From a virus, in the IMG/VR virus record IMGVR_UViG_3300023174_000087, positions 32,001 through 96,000 of that record: a stretch of DNA of 64,000 bases, one strand, 5' to 3'. The notes under the pieces were generated by a model. It saw only the letters and a list, made by a program, of their open reading frames with translations. It was not told the origin of the DNA and did no database searches. Positions 49,876 to 58,586 of the stretch are shown piece after piece. Positions within the stretch are counted from its first letter, which is position 1. Each line of letters begins with the position of its first letter. A program made the position numbers and the translations under genes.

Positions 49876-52014
49876 ATTAAAAGATTAATACGCATAACAA
49901 TAGCGTCAATATTGGCTTTTGGATGGCTACTAATATCCCCACAAGATGCTCACTCTGACGATCCCTTAACAGTAGCAGCAAAACAAATTGAAAACCTCAA
50001 TAGCGCAGTAGATAAATTAGACTACAAAGATGGTCTAATAAACCTAATTGATATAGCAGAGAATAAGTTTATGTATGCTAAAAATCTACGGGATGTCAGA
50101 GACCTAACAATTAAAAATTATGATGATGCAGTAGACGCAGAATACCTAGCATTGGAAGCAAAAGATCTTGCCCAGTCTAATGTAGATGGGCAGACAGCAA
50201 CAGTAGCCTTAGCCTTTGAACACAAGAATGATGCTTATGATGCCCTTGGGGTAGCCAACATTAATCTATCTAATGCCCAGCAAGCCTTAAATGGTGCTGG
50301 TGGAGAGGGTTTAAGATATGATGTTTATAGCCTGATTAGAGTTAATGGGCAAGCAGCCACAGATCAATTGCTATGTAGTGGTACATGGAATTCAAACTAT
50401 ATGCAACTGCCAGTTTGTGGAAATCGGTATCAGAATTTCATTGTTAAATTTACTGGACAGATAACAGTTCCTTCATGGTTTACACAGGCATACTTTGCAG
50501 GATATACAGATGATGGTTTTAGAATGTACATTGATGGGGAACTTGCCATTAATAATTGGCGGGAGCAGGGAACAACTTGGAGTGCTTATTCTCCTATATA
50601 CGATGTAACAAGTGATAAAGTTTTTGATGTAGAGATTTGGTGGTACAACGGTGGAGGACCAGGATCCTATCATCTTGGATGGGGAATTCCTGGAGGATGG
50701 ACTGGAGCAGGTTGTGACTATGCTGGAAATCCAAGAGTATGGGGACAAAACTTTAGTTGTAACTTAAACACATTTTCTTCTGGTTCTGGACCAAGTGCAA
50801 CACAGACTGCAGAATACCAAGCAGCACTAAGTAAAAAGAATGCAGCACAGCAAGAATATAATGACAAACTAAATGTTTATAATCAAGCAGTTGCAACACT
50901 AAATTCATATAATCAAGAGTTAACTAATAAAACATCTGCGTATGAAAATGCTGTTAACGATACAGAAGATGCTTTATCTGAAAAGAATAATGCTATATCT
51001 AATTTTAATAACGCAATCCTTGATGTTAATAGTGCCATTGATGACGCATGGCGTTACTATGATGAGCAATCACAAAGAGAAATTCAAAGAGCAATTGCTC
51101 AAGCAGCAGCCAATGCTGCAGCAAATCAACCTACACCAGAGCCAAAGCCAACTGTTGAACCAGAAAAGCCAAAGCCTTCCCCACCACCAACAGATAAGCC
51201 AGAACCAAAGCCAACTAACAATACCGCTACAGAAGAACCAGGAACAAAGCCTACACAGCCAGGACCAAAGCCTACAGAGCCTGGACCTAAACCAGAACCA
51301 ACAGACAAGCCAAAGCCAGATCCTACTGATAAGCCAAAACCAGAAGAGCCTAAGCCTACACCTTCCCCAAACCCTGAACCAAAGCCAGAGCCTACTCCAG
51401 AGCCTTCTGTAGAGCCTTCCCCAGAACCTAAACCACTTCCAAGACCAGACTTTAAGCCAGCAGAAAATATTGATCCAGTAATCAAGGATGCAGCATTAGC
51501 AGCACTTATCCCACAAAAGGGTACAGGAAATGCAGAAGATCTATCTGGGGTTATTGCAAACCTTACAAGCAAGGATAATAAATTAGTTAAACTTTCTGTA
51601 GAGCAGACTGCAGCAGTTAGTCAAACATTAAAGGCTTTAACACAGGAAGCAAAAACACAAGTCGCTGAAAACCTTGGTATTTCTGCATCAGAAGTTGCAA
51701 AGGTTGCAGATCAAATGAAATCTAACCCAGCACTTGCTGCTGCATTCGTTGCTTTTAATGATAAAGCAGAAGAAGCAGGAGATACTCCAATGCCATTTAC
51801 ATTAGCAGATGCAGTAACAGAAGTACAAACAGATGAATTTTTAGCAGACCCACTTGCAGCAGTCTTTGCAGTGGATCCACTAGAACTCCTATCCAATTTC
51901 TCTGAGTTGGGTATGGACATGACAGATGATCAGAGAGAAAAAGCACAAGAAGTAATTGTCCCAGTGGTCATTGCATCACAAATTGCAGGGGCAATGATAA
52001 GGAGGAACAAATGA
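49876..52014 (+). CDS. Secreted PA14-domain protein with coiled coils and Pro-rich linker (probable ATT start; track start 49912)
   Basis: PA14 motifs FTGQITVP, TDDGFRMYIDG, WYNGGG; PEPK/PTDKP repeats; hydrophobic C-terminal segment. Confidence 0.78.
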   Translation: MKRLIRITIASILAFGWLLISPQDAHSDDPLTVAAKQIENLNSAVDKLDYKDGLINLIDIAENKFMYAKNLRDVRDLTIKNYDDAVDAEYLALEAKDLAQSNVDGQTATVALAFEHKNDAYDALGVANINLSNAQQALNGAGGEGLRYDVYSLIRVNGQAATDQLLCSGTWNSNYMQLPVCGNRYQNFIVKFTGQITVPSWFTQAYFAGYTDDGFRMYIDGELAINNWREQGTTWSAYSPIYDVTSDKVFDVEIWWYNGGGPGSYHLGWGIPGGWTGAGCDYAGNPRVWGQNFSCNLNTFSSGSGPSATQTAEYQAALSKKNAAQQEYNDKLNVYNQAVATLNSYNQELTNKTSAYENAVNDTEDALSEKNNAISNFNNAILDVNSAIDDAWRYYDEQSQREIQRAIAQAAANAAANQPTPEPKPTVEPEKPKPSPPPTDKPEPKPTNNTATEEPGTKPTQPGPKPTEPGPKPEPTDKPKPDPTDKPKPEEPKPTPSPNPEPKPEPTPEPSVEPSPEPKPLPRPDFKPAENIDPVIKDAALAALIPQKGTGNAEDLSGVIANLTSKDNKLVKLSVEQTAAVSQTLKALTQEAKTQVAENLGISASEVAKVADQMKSNPALAAAFVAFNDKAEEAGDTPMPFTLADAVTEVQTDEFLADPLAAVFAVDPLELLSNFSELGMDMTDDQREKAQEVIVPVVIASQIAGAMIRRNK
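51130..51460 (+). repeat. Pro-rich low-complexity coding repeats (PEPKP/PTDKP/PGPKP)
   Basis: About 110 codons dominated by Pro, Glu, Lys and Thr. Confidence 0.85.
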
Positions 52015-52238
52015 AAATAATCAATAAAGCCATCAACCTGGTAGGCAAAATGCTCAAGGGATTAATTAAATGGTTTAAAGACGCAGGAATGGAATTAATT
52101 GCACAGGCATTCACCCTCCTTGGCTTCTTTATCGCATGGCTAACTTTGACGGGATCAGCAAGAGACATTGTTGGACTTGCAGTACTTGCAACCACAGTAA
52201 TCTGGCTTATTACAATCCCGCTAAGAAAGGAGGACTAA
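52011..52238 (+). CDS. Small two-TM membrane protein
   Basis: Two hydrophobic helices; ATGA coupling and SD AAGGAGG. Confidence 0.7.
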   Translation: MKIINKAINLVGKMLKGLIKWFKDAGMELIAQAFTLLGFFIAWLTLTGSARDIVGLAVLATTVIWLITIPLRKED

Positions 52239-52240
52239 GT

Positions 52241-52525
52241 ATGGCAACTAAAAAGGTAGTAGAGCCTCCTAAGAAAGAGCACCCACAAAAGGCAATCACA
52301 AATATCTTGATGAGAATCGTAGCAGTCTTTGCAGCATCTGGTCTATCAGTACTTGGTGCTGGAGCAGTTGTAGGAATTGACACAGTTCAGGCAGTATTCT
52401 TAGCAGGACTATTAGGCGTAGCGACAGTCATTGAAAGACTTGCAAGGGCTTTTTTGGACGATGGAAAACTCACATTGGCAGAGATCAATGATGCGTTTAA
52501 GACAGTAGACAAAAAGGCTAATTAG
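52241..52525 (+). CDS. Holin-like two-TM membrane protein
   Basis: SD AGGAGG; two TMs; C-terminal DDGKLTLAEINDAF. Confidence 0.55.
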   Translation: MATKKVVEPPKKEHPQKAITNILMRIVAVFAASGLSVLGAGAVVGIDTVQAVFLAGLLGVATVIERLARAFLDDGKLTLAEINDAFKTVDKKAN

Positions 52526-52573
52526 TATTTTCCCCTACTTAGATGATATACTTATTCTGAGTAGGGGAAGATA
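52526..52573 (+). promoter_or_regulatory. 18-bp RNA hairpin with an extended -10 promoter in its loop and the RBS in its 3' arm
   Basis: TATTTTCCCCTACTTAGA-[TGATATACTTAT]-TCTGAGTAGGGGAAGATA; the two mismatches are G-U pairs. Confidence 0.75.
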
Positions 52574-53154
52574 TGAACAAAATTATTGAGCAGCAGTTTA
52601 CAAATATATATAATAATAATAAAAATGCTGATGAAGAAACTGTTTCTGGCATTGGATCAAAAATAGAAAATGCAATAGACTTAATAAATACACTTCCAGA
52701 TATATTAAAAAAATACGAAATATCAAGCATTTTTGATATAGGCTGTGGAGATTTTAACTGGATGAAAAATATTGACATTTCAGGAATTAATTATACTGGC
52801 GGAGAAATAGTATTAGATGTTTTTAAATCAAACAAAAAATATGAAAGTGATACGATAAACTTTATACATTTTGACATAACTTCAGATAGCATACCTAGGT
52901 CAGACCTGATTATATGTAGAGGGGTTCTTTCATTTTACAATACAAAAACAATATTAAATATAATTAATAAAATAATTAATAGTAAATCTTTGTATATCCT
53001 GTTAACAAATTTTCCAAAATCTACTGACACAAAGATAGATTTTTTGCAACCACCATATAGTTTTCCAGATCCAATAATCTCAATAAAAGATGGAGTAAAC
53101 AAAGAGATTGGTTTATGGAAAATAAGTGATTTGCTAATACAAATAGATCAATGA
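52573..53154 (+). CDS. Class I SAM-dependent methyltransferase
   Basis: SGIGS, IFDIGCGDFNWM, FDIT, DLIICR. Confidence 0.8.
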   Translation: MNKIIEQQFTNIYNNNKNADEETVSGIGSKIENAIDLINTLPDILKKYEISSIFDIGCGDFNWMKNIDISGINYTGGEIVLDVFKSNKKYESDTINFIHFDITSDSIPRSDLIICRGVLSFYNTKTILNIINKIINSKSLYILLTNFPKSTDTKIDFLQPPYSFPDPIISIKDGVNKEIGLWKISDLLIQIDQ

Positions 53155-53160
53155 TATACT
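53152..53160 (+). promoter_or_regulatory. Extended -10 promoter TGATATACT
   Basis: Overlaps the upstream stop codon; SD GAAAGG follows. Confidence 0.65.
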
Positions 53161-53186
53161 TATATTACAAATGAAAGGTTTTATAT

Positions 53187-53915
53187 ATGGCAATAGAAAA
53201 TAAAAAAGTACAAGAATTGCATGGTCGTGAGCATAAGTTTTTTTATAGAGATTTAAACTTAGATCTAGATGATATAACTAAAATTTTAGAGACTGAGTAT
53301 GAAAGAATCCAAAAGGGAGAAATGCGTGGTGTAACTCCAGTAAATGTAGATGTGCCAAGACAAGAAATATTTTTAGAGTCAAACTCTGTTTCTACAATTA
53401 AATCTAGAGAGTATAATGCTTTTCAAATGTACTACCCATTTTTACACGATCTATACTCTGAGGTAGTTGATATGACAATAGAAGCATGCGAATATTATGG
53501 TATTGATTATAATGAACAAAAATATGTCTGTCAGGCCTGGTTTAATATAAATAATACAAGCAAGGGTGGAAAGTTAGATTGGCATGACCATGTTCCAATG
53601 GGAATGCTTAGTTCCACAGCATTTCATGGTTATTATTCTGTTAGTGCAGAACCATCTAAAACTCATTACCTTATTGATGGTGTAGAAAAAATTAACAACA
53701 ATAAAAATAATCGTGCAATACTTTCAAGAGTTGGCTATCCACACGCCATGGCAGATTGGAATTGGGAAGGACAAAGAATTACAATTGCCTATGATGTTGC
53801 ACCATTAAAATATTCATTACAAAAAGATTTTTTAAAATTTAAGCAACCAGAATATGCTTCATTTTGGGAACAACATTATTTCCCATTGCCACAATTAAAA
53901 TCATTAACAAAATAA
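53187..53915 (+). CDS. Putative 2OG-Fe(II) dioxygenase (TIGR02466-like), paralog 1
   Basis: AWFNI...WHDH...HGYY.V...PHAM...RITIAYD. Confidence 0.7.
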   Translation: MAIENKKVQELHGREHKFFYRDLNLDLDDITKILETEYERIQKGEMRGVTPVNVDVPRQEIFLESNSVSTIKSREYNAFQMYYPFLHDLYSEVVDMTIEACEYYGIDYNEQKYVCQAWFNINNTSKGGKLDWHDHVPMGMLSSTAFHGYYSVSAEPSKTHYLIDGVEKINNNKNNRAILSRVGYPHAMADWNWEGQRITIAYDVAPLKYSLQKDFLKFKQPEYASFWEQHYFPLPQLKSLTK

Positions 53916-53931
53916 TTACTCTTAAGGTTGC

Positions 53932-53960
53932 TTGACAGTTCCCCGTAGTGATGATATACT
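53932..53960 (+). promoter_or_regulatory. Near-consensus sigma70 promoter
   Basis: TTGACA-17 nt-TATACT with TG extension. Confidence 0.85.
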
Positions 53961-53991
53961 TAAATATAAACTATTTAGAAAGGGCTTTACG

Positions 53992-54516
53992 ATGACCTGC
54001 ATTGCCGTAGTAAAACATGAAGACAAAATTTACATGGCTGGAGATCGTGGCGCATCAGATGATGGAACAATTTTAGCACTTGAAGCACCAAAAGTTTGGA
54101 AAATAGGTCCATATTTAATTGGATATGCGGGAGCAATGGACGGAGAAAGAATCCGTTACAACTTTAAACCAACCGCGCCCAACATTAAAGACACAGATAG
54201 ATTTATGCAAACAAGGTTTGTGAAAGAACTTCGTGAGTTTTATAATGAATTTTGGGTAGACACATCTAAAGATGGAGATCTTGGTTTGATTATTGCAGTT
54301 CGTGGAGAAATATACGAACATAGTTCTGCAGACATGTCTTTATCTAAATATACATTGCCATATCTTGCTATGGGATCTGGAGCAGAATATGCATTTGGTG
54401 TTTTATATGCAACAGACAAGCAAAAAAATGCAAGAAATAGAGTCATGCAAGCGGTAAATGCTGCTATTAAATTTAATCCATCATGCATGGGTCCAGTTGA
54501 CATTGTCAGTCTTTAA
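53992..54516 (+). CDS. HslV/proteasome-beta-like Ntn hydrolase
   Basis: M-T-CIAV...MAGD...PKV...IGYAG...AMGSG; Thr exposed after Met removal. Confidence 0.8.
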   Translation: MTCIAVVKHEDKIYMAGDRGASDDGTILALEAPKVWKIGPYLIGYAGAMDGERIRYNFKPTAPNIKDTDRFMQTRFVKELREFYNEFWVDTSKDGDLGLIIAVRGEIYEHSSADMSLSKYTLPYLAMGSGAEYAFGVLYATDKQKNARNRVMQAVNAAIKFNPSCMGPVDIVSL

Positions 54517-54531
54517 GGATATACTTAATAT

Positions 54532-54735
54532 ATGAATCACACGCATGATGATTTATCACTAGAAGAACAAGAGTTTGGCATCTGGCTTTCAAATGGTATT
54601 GACAGGGGATGGGTTACACCACCATACTGCAACACTCATGATGGCGGATATGAGTACATGAGTGAAGAAGAAAGCGATGAATGGGACCAAGGCGGAGACC
54701 CGTGTTGTCATGTCATCAGATTGATGATATCATAA
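54532..54735 (+). CDS. Small Cys/His protein (leaderless)
   Basis: CNTHDG...DPCCHVIRL; TATACT 6 nt before ATG. Confidence 0.65.
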   Translation: MNHTHDDLSLEEQEFGIWLSNGIDRGWVTPPYCNTHDGGYEYMSEEESDEWDQGGDPCCHVIRLMIS

Positions 54736-54752
54736 AAATGAAAAGGAATAAA

Positions 54753-55562
54753 ATGAAAAAGATCGTAGCATTAGTAGCAGTACTGTTTTCAGTAATCACA
54801 CCAGTGCAATCACAAGCAGCGGTTGGAGAACGAATTGTAATTATTGACAGTTATTTTGATAAGACAAAAATTTCTGGAAGCATTGAGTTTGTGTGTCTTG
54901 CATCCGATGGTTGCGTAAAAACAGCAATCCTAAAGCCAGGAATGGGAACTGATCCTGCAAACCATGGTACAGTTATGGCAAACATTGCTCGTCAACAAAA
55001 CTTAACAGCAACATTAGTTCTTATTCAAACAGAAGAAGTTTTGGTTAGCAATAAAGGTGTTGTATCTATTACAACTCTAGATGGCTCAGACTTCATTAAG
55101 GCTTTAGAATGGGTTAATTTAAATAAAAACAATGTATCAGCAGTATCATTTTCATATAATTTAACAAATTCAAATGCCAAGGTTGGTGAGTGTAAGATTT
55201 CTGCACAAGGTGGAGCAGTTACAGTCATGGATACATCAATTAAGTCTTTGGTTGCTTCCCTAAAGTCTTCAGGCATTCCAGTTCTTGCAGCAGCAGGAAA
55301 TGATAATAAAAAGCCATTGCAGTATCCAGCATGTCTTAATGATGTTGTTTCAATTGGATCAACTGGATCTGCAGCCTATCATCAAAATAACGTAAAAATT
55401 CTTGCAACAATTATCAATCCAGATAAGGCTTCATACATGAAGTCTGTTGCTCCATGGTTTGGATCTGTAGAATTTACTACTTCTGCAGCAACTGTTGCCG
55501 TAGCATCTAACTGGAAATCAATTCCAACAGGTACTACAAAGGTAAATATTCTCTCTAACTAA
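54753..55562 (+). CDS. Secreted subtilisin-like (S8) serine protease
   Basis: Signal peptide; IIDS, NHGT, AAAGND, YPAC, TTSAAT; SD AAGGA. Confidence 0.78.
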   Translation: MKKIVALVAVLFSVITPVQSQAAVGERIVIIDSYFDKTKISGSIEFVCLASDGCVKTAILKPGMGTDPANHGTVMANIARQQNLTATLVLIQTEEVLVSNKGVVSITTLDGSDFIKALEWVNLNKNNVSAVSFSYNLTNSNAKVGECKISAQGGAVTVMDTSIKSLVASLKSSGIPVLAAAGNDNKKPLQYPACLNDVVSIGSTGSAAYHQNNVKILATIINPDKASYMKSVAPWFGSVEFTTSAATVAVASNWKSIPTGTTKVNILSN

Positions 55563-55570
55563 GAGGGTAG

Positions 55571-55643
55571 TGGCCCATAACTCAGTTGGTAGAGTGCCGA
55601 ACTGTTAATTCGGATGTCCCAGGATCGAAACCTGGTGGGCCAG
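55571..55643 (+). tRNA. tRNA-Asn (GTT), no encoded CCA
   Basis: Cloverleaf: TGGCCCA/TGGGCCA, ACTC/GAGT, CCGAA-CTGTTAA-TTCGG, CCAGG-ATCGAAA-CCTGG, G73. Confidence 0.92.
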
Positions 55644-55656
55644 CAAATATATAGAT

Positions 55657-55665
55657 TGGTATAAT
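55657..55665 (+). promoter_or_regulatory. Extended -10 promoter TGGTATAAT (leaderless start 55672)
   Basis: Perfect consensus 6 nt before ATG. Confidence 0.75.
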
Positions 55666-55671
55666 GTTTTT

Positions 55672-56331
55672 ATGGATCCAAATAATTTTTTAAACAAGGG
55701 AAGACTTGGATCAAAATATTGGATAAACTCTGAACTAAAAACATTTGAAGAGTTGTGCAAAGATAATATCCTACAACACTCAAAATGGAAAAACTCTAAA
55801 AGTTTATTAAGTGTTGGTTTTGAAAATAAAATATTAAAACCAGCAAACGAATATGCAAGAATATTTTCAAATAAACCAGAAATAATTCAAGAAAATGATC
55901 AACTAAGATTAAGATATAAAACCCATGCAGAAATATGGTTTGAGAAAAAGTCAGATGGATTTTATTGTTTAGACAAGGTGATGCAGCGACAATTCTATCC
56001 ATCTGAATTAGACATAAAAGTATTAAAAACAAACTTTGATGCCTTGTATAAATTTTACACGCCATGGATAATTGATTTAAATAAAAGTTTTTTAATAGAG
56101 CAAATTGATTCTTCTCCATTTTTCATACATAGCAAAGAAATTTTTTTCAATGAAATAAAAAAAGATAAAGATATTTGGGATATAGGTTTTGTTCATTTTT
56201 CTATTAAGAATATTGGAGATCACATAAAAAATTTCAATGGTGATTTTTTTGGGATAATAGATGCTCAAACACCCATGTATGATATAATCGTTGAAGATAA
56301 AGAAATAATAAAAAGGATACTAAGTGAATAA
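55672..56331 (+). CDS. Hypothetical protein, possible diverged paralog of 56324..57061
   Basis: KFYTPWIID...SPF...GIIDAQTPMYDI echoes W...TP/P...GVIPKGTPLFQM. Confidence 0.5.
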   Translation: MDPNNFLNKGRLGSKYWINSELKTFEELCKDNILQHSKWKNSKSLLSVGFENKILKPANEYARIFSNKPEIIQENDQLRLRYKTHAEIWFEKKSDGFYCLDKVMQRQFYPSELDIKVLKTNFDALYKFYTPWIIDLNKSFLIEQIDSSPFFIHSKEIFFNEIKKDKDIWDIGFVHFSIKNIGDHIKNFNGDFFGIIDAQTPMYDIIVEDKEIIKRILSE

Positions 56332-57061
56332 AAAAAATAAAATAAAATTTTCTCCAAGTTTGCAAAATACAGAAAGTTTATCTTATCAAAATCCACCAGT
56401 TGAATCTTCAAGAGTTATACCAGATTGGTACAAAGATTTATCTGGATTTAAAAATTCATCAAGTACAAATATTAGATTTTTAAACCCAGTAAATGATCGA
56501 GGACAAGATGGTTCTGATGTATCAACAAAACTATGTCCACCATATCTAGATGCAATAATTTCTGGATACATGCACACAGCACCAGAGGATATATTTGTTG
56601 AAATTTTAGAAGAAGAAAAACCAATAATTAGTTGGAAAAGCAATGAACACCTGATTGATACAAGGCCAAAAGTTGATGTTCCTATTCCAAAAGAATGTTA
56701 TCCTGTTCAGTTTGGTTGGAAGATGACTTGGTATTATGAAACACCGCCAGGATATTCTTTATTATTTACCCATCCACTTAATAGATACGATCTTCCATTT
56801 TACAATGCTTCAGCGATTGTAGATAGTGATATCTGGGGACTTCCAGCATTTATGCCATTTTTTTTAAAGCGAGGATTTTCTGGGGTTATTCCAAAGGGCA
56901 CACCACTTTTTCAAATGATACCAATAAAAAGAGATAACTGGGAATTAGATATAGATATGTCTGATGAAAAATATTGGAAAAATAAAGAAAGAGAAGAAAA
57001 AAGAAGAACAGACATAACTGGACACTACAAAAAAACAACATGGCAAAAAAAGCAATACTAG
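56324..57061 (+). CDS. Hypothetical beta-rich protein (DUF6065-like by recall)
   Basis: IPDWYK, TKLCPPYLD, TPPGYSLLFTHP, KGTPLFQMIPIKR. Confidence 0.6.
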   Translation: MNKKNKIKFSPSLQNTESLSYQNPPVESSRVIPDWYKDLSGFKNSSSTNIRFLNPVNDRGQDGSDVSTKLCPPYLDAIISGYMHTAPEDIFVEILEEEKPIISWKSNEHLIDTRPKVDVPIPKECYPVQFGWKMTWYYETPPGYSLLFTHPLNRYDLPFYNASAIVDSDIWGLPAFMPFFLKRGFSGVIPKGTPLFQMIPIKRDNWELDIDMSDEKYWKNKEREEKRRTDITGHYKKTTWQKKQY

Positions 57062-57065
57062 TATA

Positions 57066-57074
57066 TGGTATAAT
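57066..57074 (+). promoter_or_regulatory. Extended -10 promoter TGGTATAAT
   Basis: Perfect consensus, intergenic. Confidence 0.7.
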
Positions 57075-57100
57075 TATTTTAACGAGAGATAGGATATAAA

Positions 57101-57760
57101 ATGCAAAACGCAATGCGTCCAATACCAAAAAGATATGACAAGCCACATAAGTTTTTTGAAAAACATCTAGACAATGATTTAGACAAGTTGGCTAACTTTT
57201 TAGAATTAAAGTACAAGCAAATAGAAGAAGCAAAAGTTCCAGGCGTAAGCAAGTTGGGCGAGAATGGAAGAGAGATTTGGCTTGAAAGCGGTAGTCTTTC
57301 AACTGTAAAATGGAAAGAATATAATGTTTTTCAATTTTACAATGAAGAAATTTACAACCTGTTTGTGGGCATTAGAGAAACCGTAAAAGAAGCATGTGAC
57401 TACTATGGTATTGACTTTGATAAAGAAAAATATATGATTCAGGGTTGGTTTAATATTACACATAAGGGTAAGGGCAAACTAGATTGGCATGATCATGGTG
57501 GACCATGGGCACCCTTTTTCCATGGATACTATTGTGTAAAAGCAGAACCATCATCTACATGGTACAAAATTGATAACAAAGATGAAAATGTTTTTGAAAA
57601 CAAAAATTTAGACAATCGACTTATAATTTCTGAAATGGGGCACCCACATGCGATGGCAGACTGGGACTGGGATGGATCAAGAATTACTATTGCTTATGAT
57701 GTAATGCCACTAAGAGCATTACGAGGAGAAGTAAACGAACAACACTACTTCCCATTATAA
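57101..57760 (+). CDS. Putative 2OG-Fe(II) dioxygenase (TIGR02466-like), paralog 2
   Basis: GWFNI...GKLDWHDH...FHGYYCV...PHAMADW...RITIAYDV; aligns end-to-end with 53187..53915. Confidence 0.72.
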   Translation: MQNAMRPIPKRYDKPHKFFEKHLDNDLDKLANFLELKYKQIEEAKVPGVSKLGENGREIWLESGSLSTVKWKEYNVFQFYNEEIYNLFVGIRETVKEACDYYGIDFDKEKYMIQGWFNITHKGKGKLDWHDHGGPWAPFFHGYYCVKAEPSSTWYKIDNKDENVFENKNLDNRLIISEMGHPHAMADWDWDGSRITIAYDVMPLRALRGEVNEQHYFPL

Positions 57761-57761
57761 T

Positions 57762-58586
57762 ATGAACACCATCAATGTATTTATTTATTCTTATAAAGTA
57801 AAATCTTTAATAGAAAACATAACTGACATTGTTAATAAACAAAGCAATAAAAATAAAATAATATATCATATTTTTGACCAAAGCACTACTGATAAAACTA
57901 TTAGTTTTAAAAAAAGAGACAATGTTTTTTATAGATACATATCGTGGGATGACACAAAAGGGGTTCCATATTATAGAAAACATGTTTTGTTTGATCAAAG
58001 CGCTAAATACTTTTTAGAGTTGTCACCAAACATATCTTTGTCAAAAAACTGGGACAGCGTTTTAATTGAATCATTAATGCCGAATACAATAATATCTGGT
58101 AACTCAATAAAAAAAATTAAAATAGATAAAACACATACTTATATTCATGAAGAAAAAATAGATAATATTTCTGAGTCAAACTTTATAGACACAAACTTAT
58201 TATTTTTAAAACAAAAAGATTCAATATTTTTAAATCAGTTATCATTTTTAAAATATTACGGACAAGATTTATTTGCCTCAATATTGTCTGTTGCCAGAGG
58301 TATTAAAATTTTTTCCATGAATTCTGATTTTTATACAGTAGATTCAAAAAATATAGATATGCTATATTATCCGTATTCAAAAATGCATGGATATAATAAA
58401 ATGATTGACACCATCAATTCATTTAAAAATAACACATTTGAAAGTTTTCACAACATAAAGGTTTCAGAAATACCTAAAATGTATTATCAGGTGGATGATG
58501 TTCCTTATCATGATGCAAGAACATCTATAGATGTCTCAGCATCAACAAAATTTCATAATGGATACAATAGTATAAGGGTGCTGTAG
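57762..58586 (+). CDS. Degenerate GT60-like glycosyltransferase
   Basis: VFIYSYK, KGVPYYR, YFLEL....LSKNWD, YYGQD...GIKIF parallel 44615..45670. Confidence 0.55.
   Translation: MNTINVFIYSYKVKSLIENITDIVNKQSNKNKIIYHIFDQSTTDKTISFKKRDNVFYRYISWDDTKGVPYYRKHVLFDQSAKYFLELSPNISLSKNWDSVLIESLMPNTIISGNSIKKIKIDKTHTYIHEEKIDNISESNFIDTNLLFLKQKDSIFLNQLSFLKYYGQDLFASILSVARGIKIFSMNSDFYTVDSKNIDMLYYPYSKMHGYNKMIDTINSFKNNTFESFHNIKVSEIPKMYYQVDDVPYHDARTSIDVSASTKFHNGYNSIRVL

Noticed and set aside
51126-51572. Gly/Ser-rich minus-strand ORF
   Set aside because: Mirror translation of the Pro-rich repeat
52573-53154. Methyltransferase as a DNA methylase explaining AGCT avoidance
   Set aside because: No DPPY/NPPY/SPPY or PC catalytic motif in the expected context; resembles small-molecule or glycan methyltransferases
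53932-53991. Track start at TTG 53932 for the HslV-like gene
   Set aside because: That TTG is the -35 box; ATG 53992 places Thr at position 2 as Ntn hydrolases require
55571-55643. tRNA as a prophage attachment site
   Set aside because: No integrase or duplicated tRNA 3' end seen in the window; both flanks are phage-like
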